From positions 11,718,001 through 11,782,000 of the forward strand of contig NC_087252.1 of NCBI RefSeq assembly GCF_037042905.1: 64,000 nucleotides of DNA, written 5' to 3'. The notes under the pieces are model-generated. The model was not told the DNA's origin. It did no database searches and was given only the letters and a program-made list of their open reading frames with translations. Source of the stretch: Lytechinus pictus. Taxonomy: Eukaryota. Made by a program: the position numbers and the translations under genes. Below are positions 14,495 through 29,498 of this stretch, in pieces (positions within the stretch are counted from its first letter, which is position 1; each line of letters starts with the position of its first letter).

Positions 14495-14749
14495 CAATTA
14501 CACACACCCCCTCCCGGCTGTGACGAAAATTATTATGGAATCGCCTCAATTCATTCCTTTTCGAAACAAGGTGAAGCGTCAAGTAAATTTGGGGGAAATG
14601 CCCTTTTGGAGAAAGAACGATGTATAGAAAATGAGTTAAAGGTATTGTTTAACTTTGTGAGCAGCCGATTAAAAAAATGTTCAAACCAAGATGAAACATG
14701 TGTACAAGTGCATGTATAAGAACTAATAAACCCTGAAAACAACCATTAT

Positions 14750-16624
14750 TGAGAATGAAAAGCTAAAACTACAGATTCTAGGCCTACAACTTCACTGTCC
14801 ATGAATGCATAACATCGAATATACTTTCCGTGGTCCGTTTTCTTCGGGGATATTTTGATGGTAGTGTCAGTGTCGAACAACTTCTCATCGAAAAGACTGG
14901 AAGTTTTTGAAGAATTCGTAATGGGATAATGTCAGAGCCATAAGGAAAAGACACTGATAGATCAACTGCTGGGAAGGATCCGAAAGCTTTACACGTGATT
15001 GATGTCGGTGAATCTTCTTGGACGTATATGTCTGTTAACTGAGACTGGTTACCTCCAGTTGTAAAGAGCAACACATTCATTGGCCAAACTACAAAACCGA
15101 AGGAAAGAAAAAGTCGTAAAGATAAATGAAAGGGTGGCGGGAAAGAGGAATGGCAGGGGGTGCTAAAGTATATCATAGACATATCGAGTAGACATGATTA
15201 TAATGGTACCAAAACTCAAAGTCAAGAGTCGAAGAGCTGATCTATCACTTCAACGAGGCTCAAAAGCCAAGGTAACAGAAACAATACCTATAAGGTGTTA
15301 ATTCATGTGAAGACAGTAATAGTATCAACCTTGTTCACGTTATCCAAAACTAACCGAAGACCTTGACTTGGGTGATGACATTGAAGGTATTACCTTGAAC
15401 ATTTAGGACCATTGAGCAATTAAGGACGTTCTACAGTTAAAGTAAAATCCATGTCATTTTCACCAAACTTTGCACATAGATACTTTAGAACCTTAATATT
15501 CGAAATTTGCAAAAATTAACATAGGTCCATGTGCTTGATTTTTTGCTATAGAGCTTCAAAGTTCACCCAAATTGATGTTCTTAAGAATTGCGCATTCAAA
15601 AGAATTTGGCATTTTTAGACCGCCCAAGATTACTTCAAAAAAAGTCAACAAATTTTGCAAAAGAGTTGATAATTTTATCGTTAGAATTGAGAATCTATTT
15701 ATAGTGCTATTTGTTTGCAATTTTAAGTTTAACAGCACTGTCAGTTCTTAAAAATGGCGTAAAAGATAACAAAATCTCAATCTAAAAAATGTAAAATTTT
15801 AGTTACAAACTACAAACGTACAATAAATGCTGCACTTTATTCAAAATCCAAGTCATTTTCACCAAAACTTGCAGAGTTGTAGAGGAAGGTATGCCTTAGA
15901 GGTACAAACATTAAAAAATAGGGGTTCATGTGCTTGTTTTTAAACTATCAGCATTTTTATTAGAGCAAATGTGCTTTTTAAAACACCAAAAATGCGCCGA
16001 ATGCTTAGTATCTATGTGAAGAAAAAATCAAAACCACTCTACCATTTATTCAAACTCGGGGTAATATTCGTGATGCTTGGCAGTACTGCAGAGTAAAGTA
16101 TTTTGAAATTGTAGAGAATATTTTTTTGAATGGTCCATTGAATAATTTCATTGTTTAGCTTTATGAAATAACGCATTGGCTCTGCAGTTAAAGTGTAGAA
16201 GATGAGAAAAATCAGCTCATACCCGCAGCTAATTAATCACCTGTTCATCCATTGTGACGTCAGCGCGCAGAGTGTAAACTATGCGCAGATCATAATGCGC
16301 ACAAACATAAATGTAGAACGTCCTTAAGCTCCTTTTCTAGTTCTGGATGTGATGCGATGCAGCTGAGAATCTGTTCGTGATTGTTCCTGGAGGGTGTGAA
16401 TCTCAGAACTTTCCGGGAGGTGTAGAAGTTGCCTTGAATGACATCAGACTGATCCTGATGGACAACGGCCACATCAGGTGGCACACGCCATTCTAGTATT
16501 GCTGGAGGCCTAGCCCACATTGATTCGCATGTGATGTCATGTTGTTTTCCGGCCGTTATAGAAATGTTGTTGAAGCAGTAAAGAGTCTTTCTTCCAGCAG
16601 TGATCAATATTCTATTCGGTGGAT
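14750..16624 (-). pseudogene. Disrupted C2-set exons of cassette V5
   Basis: First C2 exon 16624-15394 is split by a 900-bp transposon; its original end LNCSMVLNVQ-G|gtaata lies at about 15424-15394. Second C2 exon from 15088 has a frameshift near 14920 (the homologous frame continues DEKLFDTDT...DHGKYIRC) and no donor. Confidence 0.8.
15424..16323. mobile_element. Non-autonomous TTAA DNA transposon (Kolobok-like) inserted in a C2 exon
   Basis: Perfect 12-bp TIR ggacgttctaca...tgtagaacgtcc, flanked by TTAA at 15420-15423 and 16324-16327. Removing it restores the exon frame. Confidence 0.85.
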
Positions 16625-17122
16625 CTGGTGAAGAAAAGGGGAATGTTTTCATTGATTTGACTCTCTTTTGAAACTTTCTGTCGCCTTCATCTGCGATATT
16701 GAGTCATTAATATTAAAACTTTTCAAAGATCATGTAGATACTTGGGTTTTTGTCAAAGATCCGACTTGTAAACATTTAGATGAGTTCGAAGACATATACA
16801 AATCAACATATTCAACCATTCAACCCTTTATTGCTAGGTCGTTAATCTTCTAGTAATAAGGCACATTGTGACATTTTTTTTACGAATTACTCCAGTGATG
16901 TATATGTAGCATACGTAAATTAATACACAGAGATTTAATTCATATTATCTAATACACTAAAAAAAAAAAGAAGAAAAGCACTGATTCGTTCAGATTTGAA
17001 CGAGAAAAATCAGCAATCCGAAGCGCAGTCACTATACACGCTCTTTAAGAGCTAAATTAGCTCTTCGTTTTTTAGAGTGTACTATATACTTGTAAATGCC
17101 TTTCAGACAATTAAATACATAC

Positions 17123-17944
17123 CTGGTGGGAGAGGCTTCACTTGCTTGATAGCGGATCCTGAAATCTCCTCACTGCTTAATGAACAGTGGTAATCGCTAA
17201 TATCGTCCTCGTTCAGATTTTTTATTGTTAAATTTCCGCTGGAATTGTCGGTTTTAAGGCTGAATTTTAATGGAAATGAAATGGAAATCACAGGACAGTA
17301 GTAAAGGGACCTCCAACAAGAATGGGATGCCACTTGGATGTCTTCACCCTTGTTCCAGACCAATTGCTTATATCTTGTTTCAGGTGTGAACAAACAGACC
17401 AGGGTGAAATCTTCGCCGATGACTGGAATAGAGTCTGTCTGGATAGACACCTCAAATGCATGGTGTCCTACATAGTTTAAGAAAAAAAATGAATTTTAGG
17501 GAACAAACTAGTGAGACTCTTAAGGTAAGATATGTTTAAATGTCATTGAAATCATAAAAGATCGACACAAAGTTCTGACTCATTTAATAATGGTTGTATG
17601 GGCGGGTATTCTGTATTTCCTCGAAAAAAAATGCTATTCAATCCACATTAATGTTGATCAATACAATGTCTAGATTTCTAAAATTGAAGCGATCATATAC
17701 TAAGATCATTTATATTCTCCATGCTGAGACAGTTTCTCACTTTTTATGTTGATATTATTAGACCTAAATGATAAACTAACTTCAAGTTCAAATATAATTT
17801 CCTCCAAACCAAACAATGAATCTTGATAAAATTAAATTATATTTTCACAATTAAAGAAGATTCACAATTAAAGAACAGTTTACCAATTGTTGAAATAGAA
17901 ATACAAAGAAACACGGAAATAAATTCTCCACGAATAACTGGCAT
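17123..17944 (-). CDS. IgSF cassette V5: leader exon plus V-set exon
   Basis: Leader 17944-17884 (MPVIRGEFISVFLCISISTI-G). V exon 17467-17123 (345 nt, ag/gt), intact. Confidence 0.85.
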
Positions 17945-19159
17945 TGTTCAGTTATCGGCACAAGCAATGGCAAGTATTTCCAGTATACGACGGCTGATTA
18001 AGAATGCAAAGAGAATGATAACGGGGAAAAATATGTAAACCTACAGACATGACAAATATATTCTTTGGAGTATCGGACAGTGATTTATGACATCGTAGGT
18101 CCCTTTGATATCTAGTACCGAATCGGTTTCATAACCATGAAAACAACAACATAGCTAGGTGCTATGCTAAATTAGTTGAACAAGAGCTGGCGCTCTTCCA
18201 GTAAATATGGCAAACTACTTTTGGTAAAAGAAAAAGTGGCATTGGAGGTAATCGAAGCATTGTACTAATACCAATGAAGGAACTAATATTTTTTTTACAA
18301 GAAAACAAAGCCAGCATGGCAAATTTGATTGTGCATATTTCGCATTCGCCTGTTAAAAAAAATCGTGCACATTGCGGCACTTTATATCAATAAACCTCGC
18401 GCGCACTGCGTTTCCACCAACGTACTCGTTTAGGCGCATTGTTATCGATGTGCAGTGCATGATATTTTTACACACCTTAATTTTAAAGTTAGAAAAGAAC
18501 TCTTCAAAAGGAAAATAAAAAATAGAAGAATTAAAAAACAACACAAATTCGCTTATTTCACATCTACCGTAGATCAGCTGCGTATTACACTCTTTTCAAG
18601 AAAGTAACACGGAATGTATAAAGAAATGGGAGATGTGTTTTTGAAAGCCAAAAGATCATTAGTAAGGAGCACGTTTGATTAGAATTCACCTTCACCAACT
18701 TATTCTCCTATTCAAACTGTAAAGACCCAACTTGCGATTCGTAAAATAATGAATCACTCGAGGGAGCAGATCACTGATCCCCCCCTAAAAAAGGAAGCAG
18801 AGAATATAAGAAAAGTAATCATGAGAAGGTATAAGAAGTATTCGAAAAGAATTTAAACGCACCGTTTATAACACTGAAATAAATATACTTTGATAATATA
18901 GATATTTTTCCCAGTGAAAACGAAAACTTAATGGAAAAAGATTAGTATGAAATATATTACTTCAACTGCAAAAGATGAAACACAAGCAAAGTAAAGAAAT
19001 TTTCCTTTTCAGAATTATGGCCACATAAAAAGCGATTGAAGGAAATTTACAGTAACATATGATCCATTGAAACATGGACAGTGTTTAAGTTCAAAAGATT
19101 ACCGATTCAACTATTTGTTGAGCTTTAACTTGTCCTTGTTCTTTGTCAACAAAGATGGT

Positions 19160-22100
19160 TTAAGATGTCGTCTTGTTCTGGTCGACGATGAGCCGAGAAG
19201 TTGGATCAGGAATAGCTAAATTGTTTAAAGTAGAGAGTTGGTAAGGTACATTTTACAAGCAGAATTATGTTTATTACTTTTAGTAATTCATCTTGAAAAA
19301 AATATTTTAAAGGACTTAACTCCACGCATTCAGTTTTCAGAGGTTGGTACTTCGTCACCAAATCATAAATTGTAAATCTTCTAGCGCAACTCTGTTTGAA
19401 GTAGTCCTTAGTGGTATATTAAACTTAAGCAACATAGGAATCTAACTTAAGTTCTTTGTATATGCCATCTATGGCATTACCAGCATGGAAAAATTTCGAC
19501 GCTCATGGATTTTAAGCATGCATGATTCAGGTAATACAGAAACAAATAAAACCGCTGACACATTTATGACAAATGGTTGAGGGCGTCTTTAGTGCCTTTA
19601 AGATTATAAACTAGATACAAACTGAGAACAGGTCTAGCGGTTCTAGAGTTTGACGTAAAATAAAGAATATCAAGAATATTATGCAGACTTCTATGTAGTC
19701 GCTGAATGCAAAACTAGACATGTACACTTTGAAGTTTTACGAATATTTTATAACCCTGCGTCACACGCTGATCTGTATTCCCCAAGTTTTTGGCAGTTTG
19801 ATAATAGCATACTCACATAATACGTTTAGAACCATGCTGTCATTCACTGACCGCCTTCCGGATATTTTAGGTTGAATTGCCTGGCAAATCAAAAGTTTCC
19901 CATGATCAAACCTCGATGGTATAAGTGACAGTGTACTTGTAGTATCATAGCGATAAGCAGAATTCAGCGAAGAACGCAGAGATGATTCATCTGTCACGTT
20001 TCTCGATTCGATGTACCAATGAATGAGTGGAGTAGGGTATCCATTAAGAGTCCTGCAAGTTACGTTTGTTTCTGTACTGTCGTGGGGATCCTCTTGAATC
20101 CCAATTATGATATCATCTGGTAGGCCTTGCCAGATAAACATAAAAATTAAGTCGATAGGAATAGTACATCATTGCTTGCAGGCAAACCATAAATGTTAAA
20201 TCGTTTCATATTTACTTTTCCAAAAGGGGTTACTCAGAGATAACACTAATTTCAGATTGAACTAATTAAATATGTTAAATGAAACGTTTTGACGATAACT
20301 ACAGTTGTGGAATTACTCTGAGAAATTGTGAATATTATAGAATTGTAGTAAAATGTTTTAGAATTTCCCATTCTACATTGATGTTAATAATAAAAATATT
20401 GCAAGCACTATATAATATTGTCCTAATTCTAACTTACCATTAACCCTTAAACTGGCTGTAAGTGTGTCGACAAGGCCCCCATTTAGAGAAATGTAGCATT
20501 TAATGTTCTTCATGTGTTCCTTCTTCTTCGGGTGTATTATGATTCTACTCTCGGTGTCGAACAAAGTATCATCTAAATTATTACGAGTCTCTGAAATGTT
20601 TCCGTTGATGGGAATACTGGTATTGTTACCGATTAATGTCCATGATTGTTCGGTCGCGGGGAGTGAGGCAAATGTTTTACAAATGATTGAAGTTGGTGAA
20701 TCTTCTTGTACGTTTAGGACTGTTTGAGGAGATTCCATTCCTCTTCCAGTTAGAAAGATCATCATTCTAGAGGGAGGAACTAAATATAAGAAGGGAGATT
20801 ATACAACTGACCGATAACCTGTATTGCCATTGGTATTTTGATTCTCGTCATTTCATGTGGTTTTATTTTGGGGGGCTTTCATGAATTTCACTATGGTTTT
20901 TTGGGGACAGGCTTGACGAAGAATTTCCTTATTCATCGCGCCATGGACCCTATCACAAATCGACTGAGCACGCACGGGGCTTTTAATTCAATAATGACCA
21001 CCGATATTCCTCTTCATTTGTTTATTTTCTTGAATAAGGTTTGTCAGTGATAACCTTAACCCTAAATTCCCCGGGTATTTTTATTCTTGTCATTCCGGGG
21101 GGGGGGGGGGGGGGCATTATGGCCCCTCTTAAGATCTCAGCCGCGGATTGCGCGATCACAACGAAAATTTGGATGATGGTAGATAATGACACAATCCACG
21201 CAGTTGCATTGGTAAATTTTACTGAATTCATATATTTTTATTTTATATGAATTACTTATGCTAATTTATTCGTGAAATCATACTTTTTACTCTGATTCAC
21301 TAAATAAAGCTCATAGAATGTTATTTTTTGCTGAAAATATTCTTTAAAGCATTCCTAACAATGAAAACGATTCTGGGAATAAGACCTATTTCTTATGTAT
21401 TATATATTTTTTTTATTTCTTATGTATTTCCTTGTTTTTTATTACTTTTAGTTTTTTATTGTTTTTTCGATGGAAATCGTTCCAGACTTAATTCTGATCA
21501 TAAACAAGGCAAAATTAATGAAGTTTAATCAGTAAAAGTGGAAATAATGATACATTTATGAATTTTGGCTAAATACACAATTTGCATTGGATTTGTACAT
21601 GAAATCACGTTTATGAGCAATTTTGGTGTGACATGCAGTTACATAATGTTGCGTAATGTCGTAACTGCGTACCCGGGTGTCACAGATTTGGTCTCAAAAT
21701 TTGTGCGAGACTTGAAAGTAAAAAGTCAGTGAGCGGCGAGGTAAAAAAAAAATTGCGCAGCAGATATATCGCGAAAATTGTCGAGGGGGGATTTTGCCCC
21801 CCCCCCCCCGGGAGAATTAGGGTTAAAGCTTGTCCCATACGCGTGCGAGACTACTCTTTAGATATGAAATCAATCTGTATCGTGCTTTCTTAATCAGAAT
21901 TGCCTACTTGATTAATCTTCCTCTGTTTCACGTTAAGAGTGCTGCAAGAGCGATTAACGGCGTTCCTCAGGGGATCAAAGAAGATTCTCTTCCGTTGCCT
22001 TAACATTATATAAAATATCCAAATGTTGGGGGAAATATGTGTAGAGAAATGTTAAATGTTTGACACTGACAAAATACCACTGTCGCCTGCCTTCCTTCGT

Positions 22101-24079
22101 TCTCAATCCATTAGTAGTAGGGTCCAAGATCCCTCTTTCTACAATTGCAGAAAATAGTCTACTACGATGTTGTTATATTAATGTTGTGGATTACACCAAA
22201 TTCTACACATTGGCTTCATTCCAAATATTAGAACATAGTTTGATAGGATGCAGGCAAAAAATACTAGGTGATACATGCAGCATGCACAGTTTATCGAGGG
22301 GTCGTGAAAAGAAAAAAAATGTTGGCGTCAATTAATGATGGTGTCCAAACATGAGCAGATAGAAACGGGATGCAAAGCAATAAAATAGAAAATATCCCGA
22401 TACCTAATTAGTGAAAAAAATATGAACAGAATATGCAGTTTCATGGCATTGGAACAGCCCTATATCTATTCACTTACAAATATATATATGTATACATACC
22501 ACGAACATTTAGATATACTGAACATCGAAGGTTTTCTGGTATTTCTTGATGTGATGCGATGCATTTGATAATCTTTCCTTGGTCATTCCTGGACGGTGTG
22601 AATCTCAACGATCTTCGCGAGATGTAAGATCCGTCTTGTACGATATTATACTGATCATCAATATCAGCTGTAAAATCCTTCGTGGTATCTGGTAGTTGCC
22701 ATTCAAGTATTGCAGGAGGCCTTGCCCGATATGCTTGACATGTGATCTCTGATTGATTTCGAGCTGTTACTCGTACAGAGAGGTGTTCAAAACATTTCCT
22801 AGTCCCTCTTCCATCATGTCCATCATTGATGAAAATGCTTTTTGGTGCAGCTGGTGACGGAAACAGAATAATGGACATAATGATTAAATGTCATCTGCCA
22901 ATTACTTATGCAATATCTCTACTATATAATGACTTATTTCCACGATTGGAAACCACTAAGGAAAGATTATAAAAAGATTGTGTTGTGTGTTTTATTAATG
23001 AGGGAAACAAAGCAAGTCCCTCGACGGTTATTTCGTGTTTGACCGAAATACAGATTTCACTATGAACATGTAGTAATTCCTCTTTTTTATTCTTACCATA
23101 TGTTCAGTCATATATGAACTACAATACATCAATTCATCGTGAATGTGTTTTTTGTATTATCCCGCAGAAATTACAAAACACAATATTTTATGTTTAAAGG
23201 CCATATTATAATGTCCGAACATACCTGGTATCAACGGCCTCACTTGCTTGCTAGCTGATCCAACACTCACTGTCCAATGCGTGTTTCTTAATGAGCAGTG
23301 GTACCTATCTCCATCATTTTCGTCAAGCCTTTTTATGGTTAAATTTCCAGTGGAAGTATCGGCTAAAAAGCTGAATTTCGATGGCGAAGGAATTTCATAT
23401 GTGCAGTCACCATTCTTCAAACATGAATGAGAGGCCACCTGGATGCTGCCCTTGGTCCAAATCACTAGCCGATATCTTGTTTTAGGTCTGAACGAACACC
23501 CCATGGTGAAATCTTCGCCGATGACTGGAAGAGAGTCTGTCTGGATAGACACTTCAAAGGCATGGTTTCCTATATGGGTTAAAGAACACGGAATTTGAAG
23601 GAATATTGGAAAAAAATTGTAACCCTGCATTTTTTAGATTCCATGGGCTAACGTATGGAACGGCTATGTATGCAACTCTCGCTTTAAAGGAGAAAAAAAT
23701 ACAGAGCTACAGTGTATAACGATTTACATGCATATATTTTACTTTTACTAGGAAAAAAGTCCTGTGATGATGAGAGCGACGTTGTTATTTCTTCTAATAT
23801 TTACACTTTTTTATACATCCAGATAAACAAAAACATCTTTATTATCTGGAAATGCCTGAATTAGGCCCAGGCCTATATTACCTGATATGCTTACGGCTGC
23901 CCCTCACAAGTTTGCAAGCAATTATTTTCTTTGTCGAATTAATTAACGCCCAATAGTTATATATTCTCAAGTTCCCATCTCAAATAACGCTAAAAAAGTA
24001 AGAACTGAATAGATTTACCGAAGTTTGCAATGATTAGGCCAAGAAACAGGATAATAATGGCTCCACGATTGACCATCAT
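19160..24079 (-). CDS. IgSF cassette V4: leader-V-C2-C2-C2-(FN3 remnant with stop)
   Basis: Leader 24079-24019 (MMVNRGAIIILFLGLIIANF-G). V 23569-23225. C2 exons 22850-22500, 20779-20438 and 20125-19817, all in frame with ag/gt. FN3 remnant from 19215 (IPDPTSRLIVDQNKTTS) ends in TAA at 19162-19160. Confidence 0.85.
21060..21822. mobile_element. Non-autonomous piggyBac-like element
   Basis: ttaa|ccctaaattccccggg ... ccgggagaattaggg|ttaa: CCCT termini with TTAA target duplication. Confidence 0.8.
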
Positions 24080-25089
24080 TGTTTAGTCAGCAGCACGGTT
24101 GTGATAAATCTATGCAGTATATGATGAAGAATACAAACACAATGAGAAAATGGAAAATGGTGAAACTGATATACCGTACACTCTGGAGTAAAAATGATAA
24201 ATTACTTCTTATTAAGCGCATTATCAAAAGTTACAAAGTATTGGTCGGTAATTTATGATATTTTAGTCATTGCAATGTCTAATATAATAGCGGATCGGTT
24301 TCACAATCTTGAAAGAAATGCAAATGAAGGTACCGTGCTAAATTGGTTGAACAAGAGATGGTGCTCTTCCTGAGAGCGACCATGGTAAAATACTTGTTGA
24401 TGATTCGGCTTTGAGGTAATCGAAGCATTGGGTTCGTTTTGATAAATATAGGCTACATATATTTTTTTCATTTTATTTGCTAAGGATTCAACTTCTTCCC
24501 CTTTGCTATCCCCTATTGTTATGCGCAATTAAGACGTGGGACTGAGTAGACCATTGGTAGGCTCAACTGCACTCTACCTGGCTTAACAAGGTGGAAAATT
24601 TTTGCATTCGGTGGGTTGCCTTACCAAGAAAGGCTTCACTATCTACTCAGAAGTAAAAAAGGGAGGACCTATGGGTCAATTGGTTCACAAATGCTGTTCA
24701 AAATTGAGGTTTTAGCCTTTACTTTAAGGCAGATAGCGCTACATACTCCATGTCAGAGCATCAAGAACATCACTGCTGACAATGGAGGCCTTTCTGATGA
24801 ATTCATTCTTAGTCACAGATGTCAAACTGTAGGGGGTTGTATTGGATTACTGTTCATTTTTTTGCATTTTGCTTGTGTCGTTGAGAAAGTCAAGGTCATA
24901 AAAGGACAATTGAATTGTAGAGAAAAATATTATTAAACTATCTCCAATTTAATCTATGTCATGTTCATGATGTGTCCAAAACTACTTTTAATGTGATTAA
25001 TTACGATGAACAAGTTGAGTTGTTCCAAGCACAAAATTTACTAACTTTGACTCTTCGAAGTTGGAGAGGATCTTTTAAAAGCAAATGAT

Positions 25090-25419
25090 TGACATTCAGA
25101 TGAATTGAACAATGAAGGTTGTTTCCTAGTTCTGGATGTGACGCGGTGCAGTTAAGAATCTTTCCTTGGTCATTCATGGAGGGCATGATTGTCACAGCTT
25201 TCTGGGAGATGTAAGATCCATCTTGAATGACATCAGATTGATCCTGATGAACAACGGCCACGTCCTCTGATAATAGCCAGTCCAGTACTGCAGGAGGCCT
25301 TGCCCGATCTGCTTCACATGTGATGCTGTATGGATCTCCAGCAGTTACGTTTATATTGGCGTTGTCCAAGTATTGCCGGTCCGATTGGGTAACAGACACA
25401 AATAGCTCAGATGGTGGAA
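25090..25419 (-). pseudogene. C2-set exon of cassette V3 lacking a splice donor
   Basis: Complete C2 domain VPPSELF...CSIHLNVN, but the expected G|gt donor is replaced by unrelated sequence. The frame runs on to a stop at 25001. Confidence 0.65.
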
Positions 25420-26611
25420 CTGAAGAAAACAAGAAGGTATATTTAGCATTAAAACCCATGTCCAACAAGTCTTTCCAGCTTGTTACTCAGATTTATTGGT
25501 TTTATTGCAATCTTTAATGACCGTCTGTTTTGTCTTTTACAGTATCTTACATTAACTTACGATTTTTTAAGAATAGGGAGATCTAACAGTTCAACGCATA
25601 GATACCAACAAATATCTTCAGTAGACTGTGAGTAACTACTATATGTACTGCACTTACACTGTACAAGGAACTGGCGTAAATCCATGCGGTTTTGTTTGTT
25701 TGTTATATATTTTCCGAATATCAAAAACACACAATACATAAATATAACATAAATAAATAACATAAATGGCATAAATTGAAATAAATAAAATGAATTGCAA
25801 ATATGATAAATAGATAAAATAAATAACATAATCGAAAGGATTGCCCATTTCAGAGTTATTGACATAAATTACTCTGTTCTTCCATGGGGTCCATAAGCCT
25901 ATTGTTTTGGGAGAATGATGTATTTTTGCACCCCCTCACTTGAATAGCATGACGTCATGGATTTACGTAAGTGGTACAACTCATGGACAGAAGTACAGCG
26001 ACAAGGGTACCTCTTGCCTGGCCTTCATCTCAATATACGTGTACCATTTAAGAATGTCAGTGGCTTTGTGAAAACACGGGAATATTTAATTTCTGCCATT
26101 GTCATTACTTTTTTTTTCATACATAATAATCATTCTCCAGAACAGGAATAAATCTATAACACTGATTGATGTTTAGTTCGACATCAACTTAGTGGTGTGT
26201 CTGGTTACCTTATGGCAAATCTTAGAATTTTCATAAATAAACTCACTACTCAACAGGGATAAAACTCAACGATAAACATGTATTCATATATTTATTTAAT
26301 TCTTATAACTCGCAGAGAGGAAGCAGGGCCAATGTATGATATGACATTGGCAAGATTGGGATGATGGGTTGATCGTAGCGATAACTATACTAAATTCGAC
26401 TTTGGTGATAAATGTATCATCAGAAGAATCTTGATAGTATGTGCGGGACATTGGTTTTGATATTTTTTTACAATTTGGAATGTAGGTTAATATCATATTT
26501 TCATTTCATCTTATGTCCTTTGTTTATTGTTCTGTCATTTATGTTAACCAAATTGTAGTCAGATTGAATCAAATGCACCCCTTATGCTGTTCAGCCTCCC
26601 CTATTACTTAC

Positions 26612-29251
26612 CTGGGTTTAGTATGTCCAACTGTTCATTCGCCGACCTTAATCCACTTTTGTATAGAAAAGCGCATGTATATCTCCCATTGTCACCAGTT
26701 GTCAAATTGAATATTGTAAGCGATGTGCTGCGGTCATCTCCCAATAACTTGTACTTTGTAGGATTAGAAATATTGGGTGTACATTCACTCGCAGTTGTGC
26801 ATGATTCAGACGCAATTGGTGTTTCGTCGTGTTTCCACCTGACAGTGCGAAGATTCGAAGGAGGAAAATAGGTGCACTCCATCGTAAAATCTTGTCCTAT
26901 GACGGGTAGGAACTGCCTCGGTTGAAAAGATATCGTGGCGGTAGGCATGGTAGCGGGAAAGCCTGCAAATGGTGTGGGTGTGAATATTGTCAGTTATTGG
27001 TAATGATATACGTATTGCTAATTCATAGTAGTTTACAAGACGGGCATCCATTTAAGACTATCAAGAGGTGCAAAGTTGCACGCTTTTAAATTTTGCTGCA
27101 GATTTATTTAATCATTTATTTTAGGCCTTATACAGAGCAACCAATTCGATTAAAAATAAGCAAAATCTAAAAGCTTATTTACAATTCGGCACTCTTCGTT
27201 AAATCATGTATAAATTATTATATTGATCATATTATACCAAAGCTTCGGTCTCTGTATTTCGTTGTTGCTGTTTGCTCCACCAATACATAAACTGAAGTGT
27301 TGTTGGCCCATACGTAAAGACAACGTATTGGCAGTAACGTTAAATCTAACATTCGGCGGAATCCAGATTTTCGGATTGTTTTATTGTACATAAAATGTCA
27401 CATTATAAAAAAAAAACTTACATCCAACTTGACAGGAAAATATATAAAAATCAAAAATATCATACCTTAGACCGCAGTTACCGCTAATTCCTTTCAAATG
27501 ATGATCAAAACATATTCATCCTCGATCCTTTCGTTGGTCATCGTAAGTTGACATCTTGGATGACGTTATCATCCTTACAGACGTATTTACCAGTCGACGT
27601 GATATATTAGAGACCTTTCGTTTTCTGTGACGAGCCATGTTGACGTACGAGATTAAGGAATTTCGGGAGCGCTGCGCATGCGCGAAGTAATCTGTGACGA
27701 GCCTTCTCGTTCACTGCCCAAATCTGTCACTCGTATTTGAGGGTTTTGACGTTCGGTGTCATAGTGCTCGAACGAGCGCTAGTTCGTACATGATGACGTC
27801 ATCCAAACTTAGCAAAAATGAATGAAGCCGTATCAACATTCGAGTTTCGTTGATTCAGCAGGGCTGGTAAACTGCAAATTACTGCTTGTTACCAGCTTTT
27901 CCATTATATTTAGTGTGTCCTGTTTTAAGACACTACATATCCGATAGGTAATTGATGTTCTATTTCCAAACAACTGTGTTTTTTCGGCTTTTTGCGCAAG
28001 AGTGCAAATGTTGCAGCCACAGTCGCCCCACTGGTTCGTAGCGTGATGCTACGCCGGATTCTCCGGCCGAGCATCGCACTCGCTAATCACGCTCGTATAT
28101 GCTGTGGCCTGGTACGGGTACGTTTACTTAAATCGAAACTGTTTTTATCAATGTACGAACGTGATACTGAACGAGCGGTGTCACCACTTCCGGTGAACTA
28201 GGATTACGTTGCAGTCGCTGACAATCGAAAGCTTACTAATATATCGCGATTCATGCCGAACTTAGGTGGCAGCAACACACGGCTGCCAGTTTTTCCTCTC
28301 CGGCAGAAAAATTAAGAAAATAAGGAATAAATCTTTGGTAACAGTGGCGTACCTATGATTTTCCACGGAGGGGGGGGGGGGGCAAATTCGTCTGCGAAAA
28401 AAAGGGTCTTCAACCACAAATAAAGGATTTCGTACCAGAAAAATATTGACAAGAAAAAAAAAGGTCTTCAAGTTCAAAGGAGCAAGCCAGGGAGTCAGTT
28501 GTGACTCATCGGGGGGGGGGGGGGGCAGGGATATGTCCCTTGCATTGGTTGTGACTCGTCACCCGTAGGTACGCTAGTGTTCGGTAACGTATATTTTCGA
28601 AATTTTATTTGAAAATGCGTTGTAACAAAAGAACTATTAGATTCTAACGAAAATATTGGGCCATCGTTCAAAATAATATGTCATTTAGACCTTAAAAAAT
28701 CAAATCTTGACAAAACACTATAGGCCCGAATCGGGATAAATGACAACAAATGAAGGTTCGCACTAACGTACTACGGTAAGTGAACGGGGATAACAGTAAA
28801 ATGTCAGAAATTGTTAAATAAATCCCCAGAAACAACGGTTATTCCTGTCTAATCATGTATGTGTTAATTGCACTTTTTGTTTTTGCACCCTTTGTGAAGC
28901 TAATAAACGTATATGTTACCAAAAAATGCATAGGCCCATACAGCGCATTCTGAGACGAATTTAAACAACGTAATTAAGAATGAAAGAAATCATTTTTGTG
29001 ATGAGACAGACATTTCCCAGACATTACATACATGTTTAATGTAATGGGCCATAACCCCACTTCAAATGATCTTACAGTGTAACGGATGAAGTCCGAGTGT
29101 AATATTGTCTATTTTCTTCATAGCCTACTTCTACTACAAAAGGAAATGTTACGAGCCGGTATATGGATTCAAATGATATCATTGGTAGTAAATTCGACTT
29201 ACCTTCACCGAGGAAAAGAAGAGCAAGTAAGCACCAAATAGAGTACGTCAT
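26612..29251 (-). CDS. IgSF cassette V3: leader exon plus V-set exon
   Basis: Leader 29251-29203 (MTYSIWCLLALLFLGE-G, gtaagt). V exon 26962-26612 (351 nt), intact, with C...W...DNGRYTC. Confidence 0.85.
27608..28238. mobile_element. Probable non-autonomous DNA transposon
   Basis: Imperfect inverted ends tagagacctttcg ... cgaaagcttacta. The CpG-rich interior contrasts with the AT-rich intron. Confidence 0.4.
28342..28579. mobile_element. hAT-like MITE
   Basis: TIR cagtggcgtaccta ... taggtacgctagtg, with a near-perfect 8-bp TSD (tttggtaa / ttcggtaa). Confidence 0.7.
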
Positions 29252-29498
29252 TCTAGACCAATTCAATAATCCTGGTCATGAAGAAACAGTCAATGTTAAA
29301 ATAAAAGAGAGTTGCAGCAGGTGAGACACATTTCGTTTATAGCAGACAACCTCGATGTGTCCCAAACACATTGGAAGAATATGATGAATATGAGATTTGT
29401 TCAATTACTTTCAATCGCCCATGATGTTACCAAATTTCAAAGTACGAATAAATGTCTTTAGTCATGTTATTTGTCAATGATCGAAAATCGCCCATGAT

